DNA of 64,000 nt, taken from positions 38,192,001 to 38,256,000 of the forward strand of contig CM060732.1 in assembly GCA_030704615.1 (NCBI GenBank), written 5' to 3'. The position numbers and the translations under genes were made by a program. The notes beneath the pieces are model-generated. The model was given only the letters and a program-made list of their open reading frames with translations, searched no databases and was not told where the DNA came from. The first letter of the stretch is position 1, and each line of letters begins with the position of its first letter. Below are positions 25,501-36,020 of this stretch, in pieces. The stretch comes from Takakia lepidozioides. Taxonomy: Eukaryota > Plantae > Bryophyta.

Positions 25501-26323
25501 CACAAAGTAAGTGGTAATCTGTCTTGTAGAACACCTCTCTTTTCCGTAATATGCTGTAACTCGCAACAAATCTTCTGTCCCTGCCGCTTCACCTTACCTT
25601 TTTCCGTGTCCTTCTGCTTGGTTTCTCCTGTTCGTCTTCTGTGAAGAGCTGTATGCTCTGGAAATCAGTGGATGTGAAACTACCTTTCCTTTTATCTTCC
25701 TCTTCTTTTTGTCCTTTTCCTCCTTTGAAGGGTCATAGGAAATGTGGACATATCCCTCCAGACACTGAAAACCTTCTCTTGAAAATACGAGAGAAATGTT
25801 GCAAATGGAAATGGTCAATGCTGCCAATTCTTGTCACTGTTGTTGAAGTGTGCAATCAGTGTTGTATATTCTTTCTGTCTTTCATTAAACAAACTATATC
25901 ATTATCATTATATTCCTTCCTAATACTTTACATCATATGTGGTTATTCTTCGTTTTCAGGTGGTTGACCTGTACAATGGAAATCCAACTCAATTCAGAAT
26001 GGAAGTAGGCCGAAGTCTCCGGTTGCACGGAATTTTGGCCATCTTCTCGTTCGTCATCTGCGGGTCTCTCCCACCTTTGGTATTTGGTTTTTCTTTCCTG
26101 CATACTGGAAATCGGGATTATAAAATGTTGGTGACATTCATGTCATCTCTAGTTGTCCTTGTGTTACTTGGCTGTGGAAAGGTGTATGCAAGGTGTACAG
26201 AACAGTCCTACCGCATGACCCTCTCAACTCTAATTTTGACTGGTTTTTTTGCCGTGGCGGCTGGTTTTTACACGGGGAATTATTCTCCAACTATTAGATA
26301 ATATTGGATTTGATGACAATTAA
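13502..26323 (+). CDS. Membrane protein of ER body-like (MEB/MEBL; VIT1/CCC1 family) gene with a greatly expanded repetitive N-terminal region; frame disrupted by multiple small indels (pseudogene or assembly error)
   Basis: MEB-type Cys motif HDLLCPVCGSCITKRVILRKRKR...WGCLACLILFF (~18150-18346). VIT1-type TM exons: ..25196 (IVYxxLDVSLTSLGVVASAAGG), 25445-25506 (LAMGLANLIFG) and 25960-26323 (GSLPPLVFGFSF...LLGCGKVY). Phase-1-compatible upstream exons: ..14545, 15298-15462, 15939-16223, 16937-18346. Frame breaks at ~18560, ~19043, ~19108, ~21480, ~25010, ~25127 and ~26280; stops at 13645-13790. Gene start is uncertain. Confidence 0.8.
14120..14410 (+). repeat. Coding Ser/Thr-rich tandem repeats (DSSTTSSS units; 27-bp and ~84-93-bp periods)
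   Basis: TGATTCG(A/G)... recurs five times; peptide CDSSTTSSS / GDSSTTSTS / VDSDTTSSSVKS, plus repeated ...LPSKCDSSTTSS units. Confidence 0.8.
15298..15462 (+). other. Exon encoding a plant CxxCGWxYPN...HRRxHxKxC zinc-finger-like motif
   Basis: Bounded by CAG| and |GTAAGT; translates to AWKCRRCGWCYPNDQHSSRHRREHRKHC. Phase 1 at both ends, matching the flanking exons. Confidence 0.7.
16405..16692 (+). repeat. Intronic tandem duplication, period 142 bp
   Basis: Copies start at 16405 and 16547 (TGTACAGCCTTGGAAAATTTCC...) and differ at only a few bases. Confidence 0.9.
17062..17335 (+). repeat. Coding duplication of an acidic ~44-aa unit
   Basis: EKETHEDGGDEECGM(A)TYETxGxPEETxDxxRCAGDGH occurs twice. 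Confidence 0.85.
18574..19773 (+). repeat. Coding higher-order tandem repeat: alternating 198-bp (A) and 141-bp (B) units, ABABABA (339-bp period)
   Basis: Unit starts (GTTGAATTTGAG) at 18574, 18772, 18913, ~19108, 19249, 19447 and 19588. The shared core encodes VEFEGPS...RPLEEVQAAETxGTPSLQESPDAKA; A units add DYNCLPVLFPRFPWGQAEPMKAESG. Confidence 0.95.
21283..22313 (+). repeat. Five related units encoding VVPDAD..QxAGLNCLPLLLPAYPWE; the last two form a ~162-bp near-identical tandem pair
   Basis: GCAGGCCTGAACTGTCTTCCACTCTTACTTCCAGCATATCCTTGGGAAC-like sequence at ~21322, ~21499, ~21661, ~22027 and ~22188. Confidence 0.85.
23991..24298 (+). repeat. Tandem duplication (period ~153 bp) of an intron-plus-small-exon unit
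   Basis: TTGTCAGGGTAGTGTTAAGTACT at 23991 and 24144; each copy contains a TGGCAG| acceptor-like site. Confidence 0.85.
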
Positions 26324-29194
26324 GAGATGGCACGGGTGTTGAGCTTACTTCTTCCTGTCTCTTTAGTCTTTGAAGAGTGCTGGGAAGCATTCCTGACTCT
26401 CCAGGATCTAAATTGCTAAGAGGAAGAGATAGACACGGAGACGCAGGGAGTTAGCTGAGCTGGAGGCAAGAAATTCAGAAGGATTCAACATGACTTAAGG
26501 AAAGCATGACTAGAGGAAATATACTAGCCTCTAGTGCAGGGCTTGTTATATGTACTTAGGCTGTAGGCTTTTTGTTGACATTATTACACAGCTACTTTGT
26601 ATCTTTCTTTCTTGCTCATTCTTTCTTGGTCTCGTTGACTCTCTTAAGTGATGCCGCCCAAACTGGGAGCGGGGTCAATGGCCACAAGGCTACGGCAAAC
26701 AACGTCTTATGAGTACAGTACATTCTCTTAAGTGAAGAGACCGCATTCTTTTCAGATGGCTTCCTTTCTGTTCTAGTTTGTTTACCTCGTCGTTTTGTCC
26801 TGAAGTCTTTTATTCCATCCTGTGCTCTTCTTCACCTAGGATGCGGCTATCTTCTAATCGTGGTTTACCTTGAGCTCAGAGTATACTTCGATCTCATGTT
26901 GTCATTCTTTCCTGCTGGTTGTCATGTAGTGTTGTACCTACCCATTATACCCACACTCTGCGTCTATAGTCTATACTTGCAAGGAGTGATCACTAGTACA
27001 CTCCCATTTGCGAATGTGGAATGCAGATAAATAAAATAATCTGATGGATCGAAAAGTCGTCAACCCAGACATTCACTTGCAAGCAGGAAGGGTTGGGGAA
27101 TGAGAAACTGTTGAAACAAGAACTTGAAGCAATTACGCACTTGTTTGTACCATTGGTGCCTGTCCCTTGTGGATGAGATGTAACCCACCGGGCAGAAATA
27201 CGAACAGTCCGGACTCCCCAGAGAACGAAGATGATGCAATGGGAGTCAACCCAAAACAGAACCCTAGTAGGCAATCAGCTCTACCAAATGGAAAAAAAAA
27301 TGTTTGTGCCGATTCTGTACTGCAAATTAAAAGCAATCAGTCCCCCAACCAGAACTAGCAACAGGCCACACAGGTGGGTCAATTTCAGCAGATCACGCAC
27401 AGCTCCAGGAAGAACGCTTCTCAACATCATTTTTGACCACCGCATTCTTCCTGTTGCAGGGGATGACAGAAGACGGGAAGCCCGAAGATATTACGAGGCA
27501 TGTGGAGTAAGAGCAAACGGCAGATTTCTTTAAGGTTTGCGCGAGAGAAATACCACGTAGGACGGTAGGGTAGTGTTATCCAGCATGTGGGATGCTGGGT
27601 GGGTCCACGTGTCATCACCCGTGGAATAGTATAAACGTACTTTGCTGCAGTCCTTGGGTTTATTCAAAGACAAAACAGTACTAGATTCGACCCTCAGTTA
27701 TATAGCAAAAGTTTGTTCAGATAGCGGCAAACGATATGGGACAAATCCCTGCCGAATTTCATTTGGCGGGGCTGTGCAGTTGCGTTGCGTTGCGTTGCTT
27801 CTCTTCGAGCGCTGCTTTGCTTGCTGTGAAGGTGGGTATGGAGCTGGGCGATGCCGGGCCTGACGAGCCTGTGCGACTGCAGAGGGAGCGAAGAAGGTGT
27901 AGTTAGGTGAGTCCTTGCGGGTTGTTTCGGGTCTGTGCGCGTTGATTTATCCCGGCTCCATTTTTGTTCTTGACCCATCACAGTAGAAGTTGCATTCGAT
28001 TTCGTGGGAGAGCTGAATTGATGGTTCAAACAGAGGTGTAATCGACATCCTTGCTTTTCTTCCCACCAGCTCCTGTTGAGACCCCGGATTTTTTCATTGG
28101 TTGTATGTGTGAGAGAGAGAGAGATTTCTTCACGCGGCTTGTGTCCCATGTGGATAGCCTGGTTTTGGAGGAACCAGCTTTTTCTTCAGACTGAGAGTTG
28201 TGACATTGCTCATATTACCGAATAAGTTCGGCACTTTGGCAGAGATAAGGCTAGGTATCACAGATGTGGCATACATTGTTATGTTACCTCTCAAGAGCTG
28301 TGCAATTGACAATCCCAAGTCTCCTGAGGGAAGGATAAAAGGCAGATCTACTGACAGACCATTCCCCGCGGAAAGTTGGCTATTACGTCTCCTTCAGGGT
28401 TGTCAAGCCAGTTGTGGATTTTTATCTGTCAGGTTCAGCCCCGAGCTAGGCAAGCGTCCTGCACAGCCAATGACGATCCCGTTACAGGGGGATAAGTACG
28501 TCATTCTAGATATGCCAATGTCGATTCAGCTTCTCTGCTTTAGCTTGAATACACATTTGACACTTTTTGCACAGCCAATCACACTGTGCTAAGAAGGTAA
28601 GGAGAGGGAAAAAGAAAGAAAAGGAGATTTAACGAATAACTTGAACGAACTTAACTTTAATCGCATCCGCATTATGCTCTGAGAACTTAGGTGACAAGAG
28701 CCCCTAACAAACTACTAGCAGAAATACCAGGCCTGATTGGTTGCCCTAGAAATGAATAACTCATGAAGGTGGGCTAAGCATTGCCTATCATCATAGCTGC
28801 ATGCCTTTGCTAAGGATGAACAACCTTTGAGTAGCTCCCTGGAAGGTCATAATAGCTATGAGAGGAGAAAAAGGAAAGTGAGTCTGGCTACATTCTTGCC
28901 TGGGAAAAGACACAAAGGCTTTATTAGTGTTTGCAAGTAGGCAAAGCAGTGAGCAAAGACAGGAGTTCCGCTTTGACCCTTCATTCTGGTGGGACAACAG
29001 GATGTCAGTCATAAGCCCTCCTCGACAAATTGGGATGCCAACCCTCCGTCTCAAAGAAGATAGCCTTAACATGGGCATATAACGTCTGTCTAATGGACTG
29101 GATCGTACCTCCAGCCGCCTAGATAATTGAACATCCGCTCTTTGTTGGGCCAGAACATCAAAAGTGAAACACTATGCCATGCATCATTCTTCTA

Positions 29195-32100
29195 TGTTAG
29201 CAAAGCATAAAGTAGGTTGTTGACGGTTATTCCTGTTTTGGGGGGGCTGTGGTGGGCTTAGTGTAGTCGCTGTTGGTTGAAGCTACTGCTGCTCACCTGC
29301 CCACTTGTGGCACTAACAGAAGTGTCCAAGCTTCAGACTTAAGGGGACAATGGAGGTCCTTTTGATTGCCAGCTGTTTAAACCCATCTTGGGTGAGTGCA
29401 AAATCTGTTACCATGACACAATTGAAGCACAAGGGGCTGGTGGATGGATATCCAGGTATGGCTCCAGTTTGGGCTTTGAAATTGGAGCTCCATTGAAATT
29501 CCAATGTTTGTGTAAGAGATGCTTGTGTAAGGAGAGATTATGGTCAACGGACAGGCTCTGATCAAACACAGGCTGTGGAGGACAGTGAGTAGTACCTTCA
29601 CAGATGGTCAATGGCCTAGCAACCACCCTCAGTATCATGTGCAACATCTGGTATGCTTTAAGGTTTCATGTGAGCATAAGGCAGAGAGAACAGCTCGCAG
29701 AAATGGCGTCCACAGCCACAATAGGGTGTCATAAATGTAGAGCTAGGCGATCTGAAACTGGCCAACTTTTCAAATTCTTGTAGTTGTTGCTGACTAGTCG
29801 CGCACTGACAAGAAATGGCTTTGGCAGGAGTTTTTCTGGACAATAGGTTGGAGAAGGTGAGGCCATGTCCATCCTCTAGCTGTGGAAAAACAGGAACAGG
29901 GAATTTCCCTGCTGCTACCAGCGCGTCCCAGCTCCACGGGAAATCAAAGACAGGTATGGATAAGGAAGAAACTGTGAGTTATTCTTTCCCATCTCTGAGG
30001 AAATTTTGGTCGAAGAGTGTCACTTGATGTTCATGCAGGTGTGAGTGTTGGTGTAGACATTCTTCTACAGAACGCACTGTCAATTTCATGTCTTCTGCGT
30101 CAGCTGGCATTGTGGTTGTGAATGCTCCGCAATTCACGAAAGAGAGAGAATGTTCTCATAAGACTTTGCTTGCCAAGGGCTCGTTGCCACAGACCCCTCG
30201 CCCAGTTTGGACGGAGACATAGGGAATATCATACCTTTGTGAGGGGCTCACTCGGGTAGTGTGACTTGCCTTGATATAAACAATTAGTTCCGGCTTTCCC
30301 GATATCCTCTAGAAATCCCTTCACACAAGCATCAATCTGCCGTGTGTGAGCAGCCCAACAGTTAGACCCCAACATGGCCAGGGCTTTAGGCTCAGACTCG
30401 AGATTTTCAAAGTTGGTGAACAGAGGGGCAGGAATCATGTTCTTGATGTTCCTGAAGAGGGTCACACTCTGGTGAGAATACCCCTGACAATGTCTCAGAA
30501 AATGGATATTGTCTTCAGGGTGCCTGCAAATCGGGCAATTACAAACTCATTTTTCTCTCTTCATCTGTTTATTGTTCAAAGGTAGGCTCCCCACCCTGAG
30601 TTTAAATTTCAGTCGGAGGGTAGGTAGGCCCTGCAGATCATCCTTGCCCATGTCAGAGACTGGAAACAAGTTCAGGGAAGTTTTATGCCTAACTTCATTT
30701 TCATCGGACAGTCTTGGGCCATCAGACTTGGCTTTGGACACAACCCCCTCCAGGTCAGCCTCATCTAGTAGGGTCAAATTTTCTGGACTGATATCCAGAT
30801 ACTTGAAATCTCGTCTACCCTTTGCGTAAAGACATAGTTTAACAGGACGGTCTTGCTTCCAAGAAATTGTGTCAATTATCTTAGGGTAGCTGGTATCAGA
30901 CATGCAATTCAACTGACCCCACCATCTGCCCTTGAATTCATCACGCTTCAGGAGGTGTGATGAACTCGCCCTCAGCCACCTTAGCTGTTCTAGAACACGC
31001 TAACATGCTTTCTTTGAGCACCATGACCTGAATGGATTCTGGAGATTTGGCATGGTTAGAATTGTTGACCCACACAGCAGATGCGTACTCCAAGGCAGGT
31101 CCAGTAACGTTGCAAAGCATGTTCTTTAAACCTCAGTACTAATCCCTCTGCAGTGGAAATGTAAGTGAGACCCAAAGCTTTGCGTTTAACTGATTGAACT
31201 GATATGCGCATCCCAGTTACAGCTGCAGGAAAACTCAACACCAAGATATATGTAGGAAGGGATTTCAGGGATCTCTTCGTTACCCGATTTTCATTTGAGA
31301 TCCCCTTCTCCCTCCCCACGGTCGTTGAATGCCACCATTGCACATTCACACACATCAGCTTCTAGCCTCTACAGGTCAAAGAACCTCCTCACTTAATCAA
31401 TCAACTCCTGGAGATTGGACGGGGCATCCCCTAAGCCTGCGAAGTCATCCGCAAACGTAAGGTGGCATCACCTTCCTCTGACCCAAATGCCACCTTCCTC
31501 TGACCCAAACCCCTCACTTTCCACATCTTCAAGGCTATGTCCATCGAATTAGCAAGTTTGTGAGCAGTGCGAACGATTGTTGTTGATGTCCGCATACAGG
31601 TCAAGCAATGAGCAAGGAAAGGCTCTGGCAGGAATCTTTTGCAGATAATTCCCTGTGGCTCAACAGCAGAATTAAGAGGGTAAGGGTTTCTTGGTTTAGA
31701 ACACAAAAAGGAATGATGAAGACCCTTGTGACTGGAATGGCTGGTGATGTTTTGTAGACTGGATTTTATCTCCAGTCACCTAGAGAGAGGACAATTTAGT
31801 CGTCCTAGTGAGAAGTGACCAAACGGAGTCTTCTGTTGCTATCAGCAGGTTGTCAGCAGGGCATGAAGTAGGTTGTTCACAATTCTTCCCTGTTTTTGGA
31901 AAGATGGTTAAAGCTTTGGTGATTGTATCCTCGTCTACGCAAGGCTGTGGTTGAAGCTATAGCTGCTCAGCTGCCCACTCATGGTTTTCACAGAAAAAGT
32001 CCAAGATTACCAGATGTCAGACACAGGCGGGTCCTTTTTGATCAAGAGCTCCTTGGGTGAAATGGAACTAGCTACCATGATACAAGGTCAAAAAAATGGG

Positions 32101-32830
32101 ATGGTGGATGGATTTCTGAGCATGGCTTCAGTTTAGGCTCAGAATTGGAGCTTCATTAAAGTTTCAGGATGGAGAGTCCAGATTCTGATGTGTTTGCAGA
32201 TTATGGAAGGACAGTATCTGATGAAACATGGGCTTTTGAGGGCAACTTAAAAACCACATCTTTTTGCAGCACATCGTCTTTGGCATGTTTGTATGTTTCT
32301 TGTGTGCATAAGCTAGCGAAATGATATCCATAGCTACAACAGCACTAGACACTAGAGACTGAGGCAATTGGAAGCTGAGCAAGTTCTCATGTTCTCGCAG
32401 TTGTTGGATGCAGGTTAAGCAATGAGCAAAGAGCAGCTCTGGCTGGGAGTTTTCCCAGATCCTTCAGGCAGGTGGGACAACAGGTTGAAGAAGGTGAGGC
32501 TTTCTTCATCTAGGGTGTCAGTTTTAAAATGAGGATTTTTGACTGAAGTTTGTATGTAGATATTTTTTTGGATTTTTGTGAATTTTTTTGTCTTCCTTGT
32601 TAGCAGGCAATGCAAGTAGCTTGCGGAGAAAGGTGGTTGGAGCTTGTGGGCTGTAGCCTAGTCTCTTCAAGGCTGTTGTTGAAGCTAGGGCTGCTCAACT
32701 GCCTACCTGTGGTCTTCACAGGGAAGTCCAAGCGTCTGGAAGGAGGTCCTTTGGATTCACAGTTGGTCAAAACCACCTTGGGTGAGAGTAAAGCTAGGTG
32801 CCTCGATACAAGGTCGAGCACAATCTGGTC
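29195..32830 (+). repeat. Three diverged copies of a ~250-300-bp block upstream of the PPR gene
   Basis: The shared pattern GTTGAAGCTA..GCTGCTCA.CTGCC...AGTCCAAG...GGTCCTTT...CTTGGGTGA occurs at ~29276, ~31950 and ~32677. AGGTTG(G/A)AGAAGGTGAGGC is shared at ~29845 and ~32482. Confidence 0.7.
30229..30912 (-). mobile_element. Degenerate non-LTR retrotransposon (LINE) ORF2 C-terminal / zinc-knuckle fragment
   Basis: The two listed ORFs are in one frame, separated by a single TGA: LRLKFKLRVGSLPLN...*VCNCPICRHPEDNIHFLRHCQGY. This is the CxxC...E...H...C motif typical of LINE ORF2 C-termini. Confidence 0.7.
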
Positions 32831-33184
32831 TTGGTTTTACTGCTGATGTACACTCCAGAGCTCCAGATCACGAATACAACAGGTATTGTTTTGATGATGA
32901 TTCCAGTTCATTCAGGCAGATGCAACTTTATTCTCCATGTCAACAATGGCTGTAGTATTGTAAGCCTGATGAATATGTAGCAAGAAAGAAGCCGATCCAG
33001 ATGAAGAAATCTTGCTTTGGACTATCCAGGAGCTTTGAGATACATCATGTCAGTTCTAGTGTAAAGGGTTGTCGCTAATACTTATGAGTCATGCAGAATA
33101 GCAGGGTTGAATCAGGCACACTTCTTTGGTGAGCACCAGACCTCCACCATCACCACTGCTTTTGGAAGAATATCAAGAGAGCGA

Positions 33185-35704
33185 ATGAACAAAAGCTCTG
33201 CTGGCACTCCTGTGGATGTGAGAACACTGTGTAACGCAGGACGACTGAAAGATGCATTGCACATCTTGAACCAACTGGGAATTCAGGCAGACTTTAATAC
33301 TTATGTCTGTGTCCTACACAAGTGCATCAGCATGAAAGGCCTTGCAGAGGGAAAGCAAGTGCATGCTCACATCATCCAACACGGATTCAAGCCAAATATC
33401 TTTCTATTCAACACCCTCGTGAATATGTATGTGAAGTGTGGGAGTGTGGTGGATGCACGCAAAGTGTTTGACAAAATGACTGAACGGGATATTTTTACGT
33501 GGAATATTATGTTAGCAGGATATGCCAAGAATGGTGGGGGTAGGAAGGCTTTGGAGATCTACGAGCAAATGCAACGGGTAAGGGTGATGCCCAACAGGGT
33601 CACATTTATTGGCATTATAAATGCATGTGCCAGCCTAGGAGACCTGGAAAAGGGCAAAGAGGTCCATGCTCACATTATCAACAGCGGAATTTCTTCACAT
33701 ATCATTCTGGAGACTGCCCTTGCTGACATGTATGCCAAATGTGGGGCCATGAAGGATGCGCGTCAAGTCTTCAACAATATGGCTAGACGAGATGTGGTCT
33801 CATGGAGTGTGATGATAGGAGGCTATGCTCAGTATGACTGTGGTAAGGAGGCCTTCAAGATGTATGAGAAAATGCAACAGGAAGGAGTGACACCCAACAG
33901 GGTGACATTCATTTGTGTTCTCAATGCGTGTGCTAGCCTTGAAGCTCTGGAAAAAGGCAGACAAGTACATGCTGACATGATGAAAGCTGGAATTGGGTCA
34001 TATGTTAATTTGGAGAATACTCTCATTAACATGTATGCCAAATGTGGGAGCATAAAGGATGCACGTCAAGTGTTTGACAATATGGCTAAACGAGATATGA
34101 TCTCATGGACTGTGATCATCGCAGGATATTCTCAGCATGGATTTGGTAGTGAGGCTTTTAAGATGTACAAGCGTATGCAACAGGAAGGGATAACACTTGA
34201 CAGGATCACATTTGGTTGTGTTCTTCATGGGTGTGCCAGCCTAGGATCTCTGGAAAAGGGCAAGGAGGTCCATGCTGACATTATCAAAGCTGGGATTGTA
34301 CCAGATACAATCCTGGATACTGCACTTGCTGTCATGTATGCAAAATGTGGGAGCATGAAGGATGCTCGTGAAGTGTTTGACAAAATGGCTAAACGAGATG
34401 TGGTCTCGTGGAGTGCAATGATTGCAGGATATGCTCAGCAAGAGTTTGGTAGGGATGCTTTTGAGATCTATGAGCAAATGCAATGGGAAGGACTGATACC
34501 TGACAGGGTGACATTTATTTGTGTTCTCAATGCCTGTGCTAGCCTTGGAGCCCTGGAAAAGGGTAAACGGGTGCATGCTGATATGATAAAAGCTGGAATT
34601 GGTCCATATATGGATTTGGAGAGTGCCCTTGTTAACATGTATGCCAAATGCAGGAGCTTATCAGATGCACGTCAGGTGTTCGACAATATGGCTGAACGAG
34701 ATGTGGTCTCTTGGAGTGTGATGATCACAGGATATGCTCAGCATGGGTGTGGTAGGGAGGCCCTCACAATGTACCAGCGAATGCAACAGGAAAGAGTAAC
34801 ACCTGACACGGTCACGTTTGTTTCTGCTCTCAATGCGTGTGCCTCGTTAGGATGCCTGGAAGAGGGCAAAGTGCTTCATGCTGACATCATCAAGGCTAGA
34901 ATCACACCGGATATCATTCTGGAGACAGCCCTTGTTGACATGTATGCCAAATGCAGGAGCATGAAGGATGCTCGTAGACTGTTCGACAATATGCCAGAAC
35001 ATAATATAATCTCAGGGAGTGCAATGATTGCAGGATATGCTCAGGAAGAATGTGTTCGGGAGGCTTTTGAGATCTATGAGCAAATGCAACGAGAAGGAGT
35101 TGCAGCTGACAGGGTGGCATTTATTTGCATTCTCAATGTGTGTGCTAGCCTCGGAGTCCTTGAAAGAGTCAAAGAGGTCCATGCTGATATTGTGAAAGCT
35201 GGAATTGGGTCCTATGTTAGCTTAGACAATACCATTGTTAATATATATGCCAAATGTGGCAGCGTAGAGGATGCACGCCAAGTGTTTGACAATATGGCAG
35301 AACGAGATGTGGTCTCATGGAATGCAATCATTGCTGGATATGGACAGCATGGGTGTGGTAGGGAGGCCTTGCAACTATTTGAAGAAATGCAACAGGAAGG
35401 CTTGAAGCCAGACTGTATTACCTTTCTATCTGTCCTTTCTGCTTGCAGCCATGCAGGCCTGGTAGATGAAGGCCGTTATTACTTTGCTTCCATGAGACAA
35501 GATTATGCTATCAATCCCACAGTGGAGCATTTTGGCTGCATGGTGGACCTTCTTGGCCGTGCAGGTCGATTGGATGAGGCAGAGGATTTCATTACCAAAA
35601 TGCCGAGCAAACCCAATGCTTCGGTGTGGGGGGTCTTGCTTGGTGCCTGCAGAATTCATGGCAACGTGGAGAGAGCAGAACATGCAGCAAGATGTGCTCT
35701 TTAA
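33185..35704 (+). CDS. PLS-class pentatricopeptide repeat protein: (P)-L1-S1-(P1L1S1)x6-P2L2S2-truncated E1
   Basis: Uninterrupted ORF (open from ~33065; first ATG 33185) with 35/35/31-aa motifs (WS.MI.GYAQ; TF..VLNACASL; L..MYAKCGS..DAR.VFD.M). Canonical L2/S2 (SACSHAGLVDEG; MVDLLGRAGRLDEA). Ends at TAA within E1 (WGVLLGACRIHGNVERAEHAARCAL*). Confidence 0.95.
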   Translation: MNKSSAGTPVDVRTLCNAGRLKDALHILNQLGIQADFNTYVCVLHKCISMKGLAEGKQVHAHIIQHGFKPNIFLFNTLVNMYVKCGSVVDARKVFDKMTERDIFTWNIMLAGYAKNGGGRKALEIYEQMQRVRVMPNRVTFIGIINACASLGDLEKGKEVHAHIINSGISSHIILETALADMYAKCGAMKDARQVFNNMARRDVVSWSVMIGGYAQYDCGKEAFKMYEKMQQEGVTPNRVTFICVLNACASLEALEKGRQVHADMMKAGIGSYVNLENTLINMYAKCGSIKDARQVFDNMAKRDMISWTVIIAGYSQHGFGSEAFKMYKRMQQEGITLDRITFGCVLHGCASLGSLEKGKEVHADIIKAGIVPDTILDTALAVMYAKCGSMKDAREVFDKMAKRDVVSWSAMIAGYAQQEFGRDAFEIYEQMQWEGLIPDRVTFICVLNACASLGALEKGKRVHADMIKAGIGPYMDLESALVNMYAKCRSLSDARQVFDNMAERDVVSWSVMITGYAQHGCGREALTMYQRMQQERVTPDTVTFVSALNACASLGCLEEGKVLHADIIKARITPDIILETALVDMYAKCRSMKDARRLFDNMPEHNIISGSAMIAGYAQEECVREAFEIYEQMQREGVAADRVAFICILNVCASLGVLERVKEVHADIVKAGIGSYVSLDNTIVNIYAKCGSVEDARQVFDNMAERDVVSWNAIIAGYGQHGCGREALQLFEEMQQEGLKPDCITFLSVLSACSHAGLVDEGRYYFASMRQDYAINPTVEHFGCMVDLLGRAGRLDEAEDFITKMPSKPNASVWGVLLGACRIHGNVERAEHAARCAL

Positions 35705-36020
35705 TGGGATCCAGTGGTCTGCAACTTATGTTCTTCTGTCAAACCATCTTGTCTGGTTCGAGGGATAAAGGGAAAGGTGTCAGCGAGAAGCCAGGGCACA
35801 GCTGCATCCGGATGGAGAACTTGGTGCATTCATTCATTGTAGTAGACAATGCTGCCCCAAGTCCAGGAAATACATGCTAAGCTGAAGAGATGAAGGAGGC
35901 TGAATGCCCTGCACACCCTTTGCATTCTATAATGTGGGAGAGCAAGAGGATTTCTCATTTTCCACCAGAAATAGAAGCTGGGCCATTGTTTTGGCCTCAT
36001 CATCCGGCCCCCAGGAGGCA
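35705..36020 (+). pseudogene. Decayed E2 / PG-box / DYW tail of the PPR gene
   Basis: Fragments in shifting frames: SATYVLLSN, KPGHSCIRMENLVHSFIVVD, PQVQEIHAKLKR, MKEA, FYNVGEQE, KL/AI/FGLIIRPPG. They are separated by frameshifts and stops. Confidence 0.85.

Noticed and set aside
35780-35850. 'KP' in the PPR tail as a DYW:KP (U-to-C editing) domain
   Set aside because: The motif is KPGHSCI, a normal PG box, not KPAxAxIE; the domain is also degenerate.
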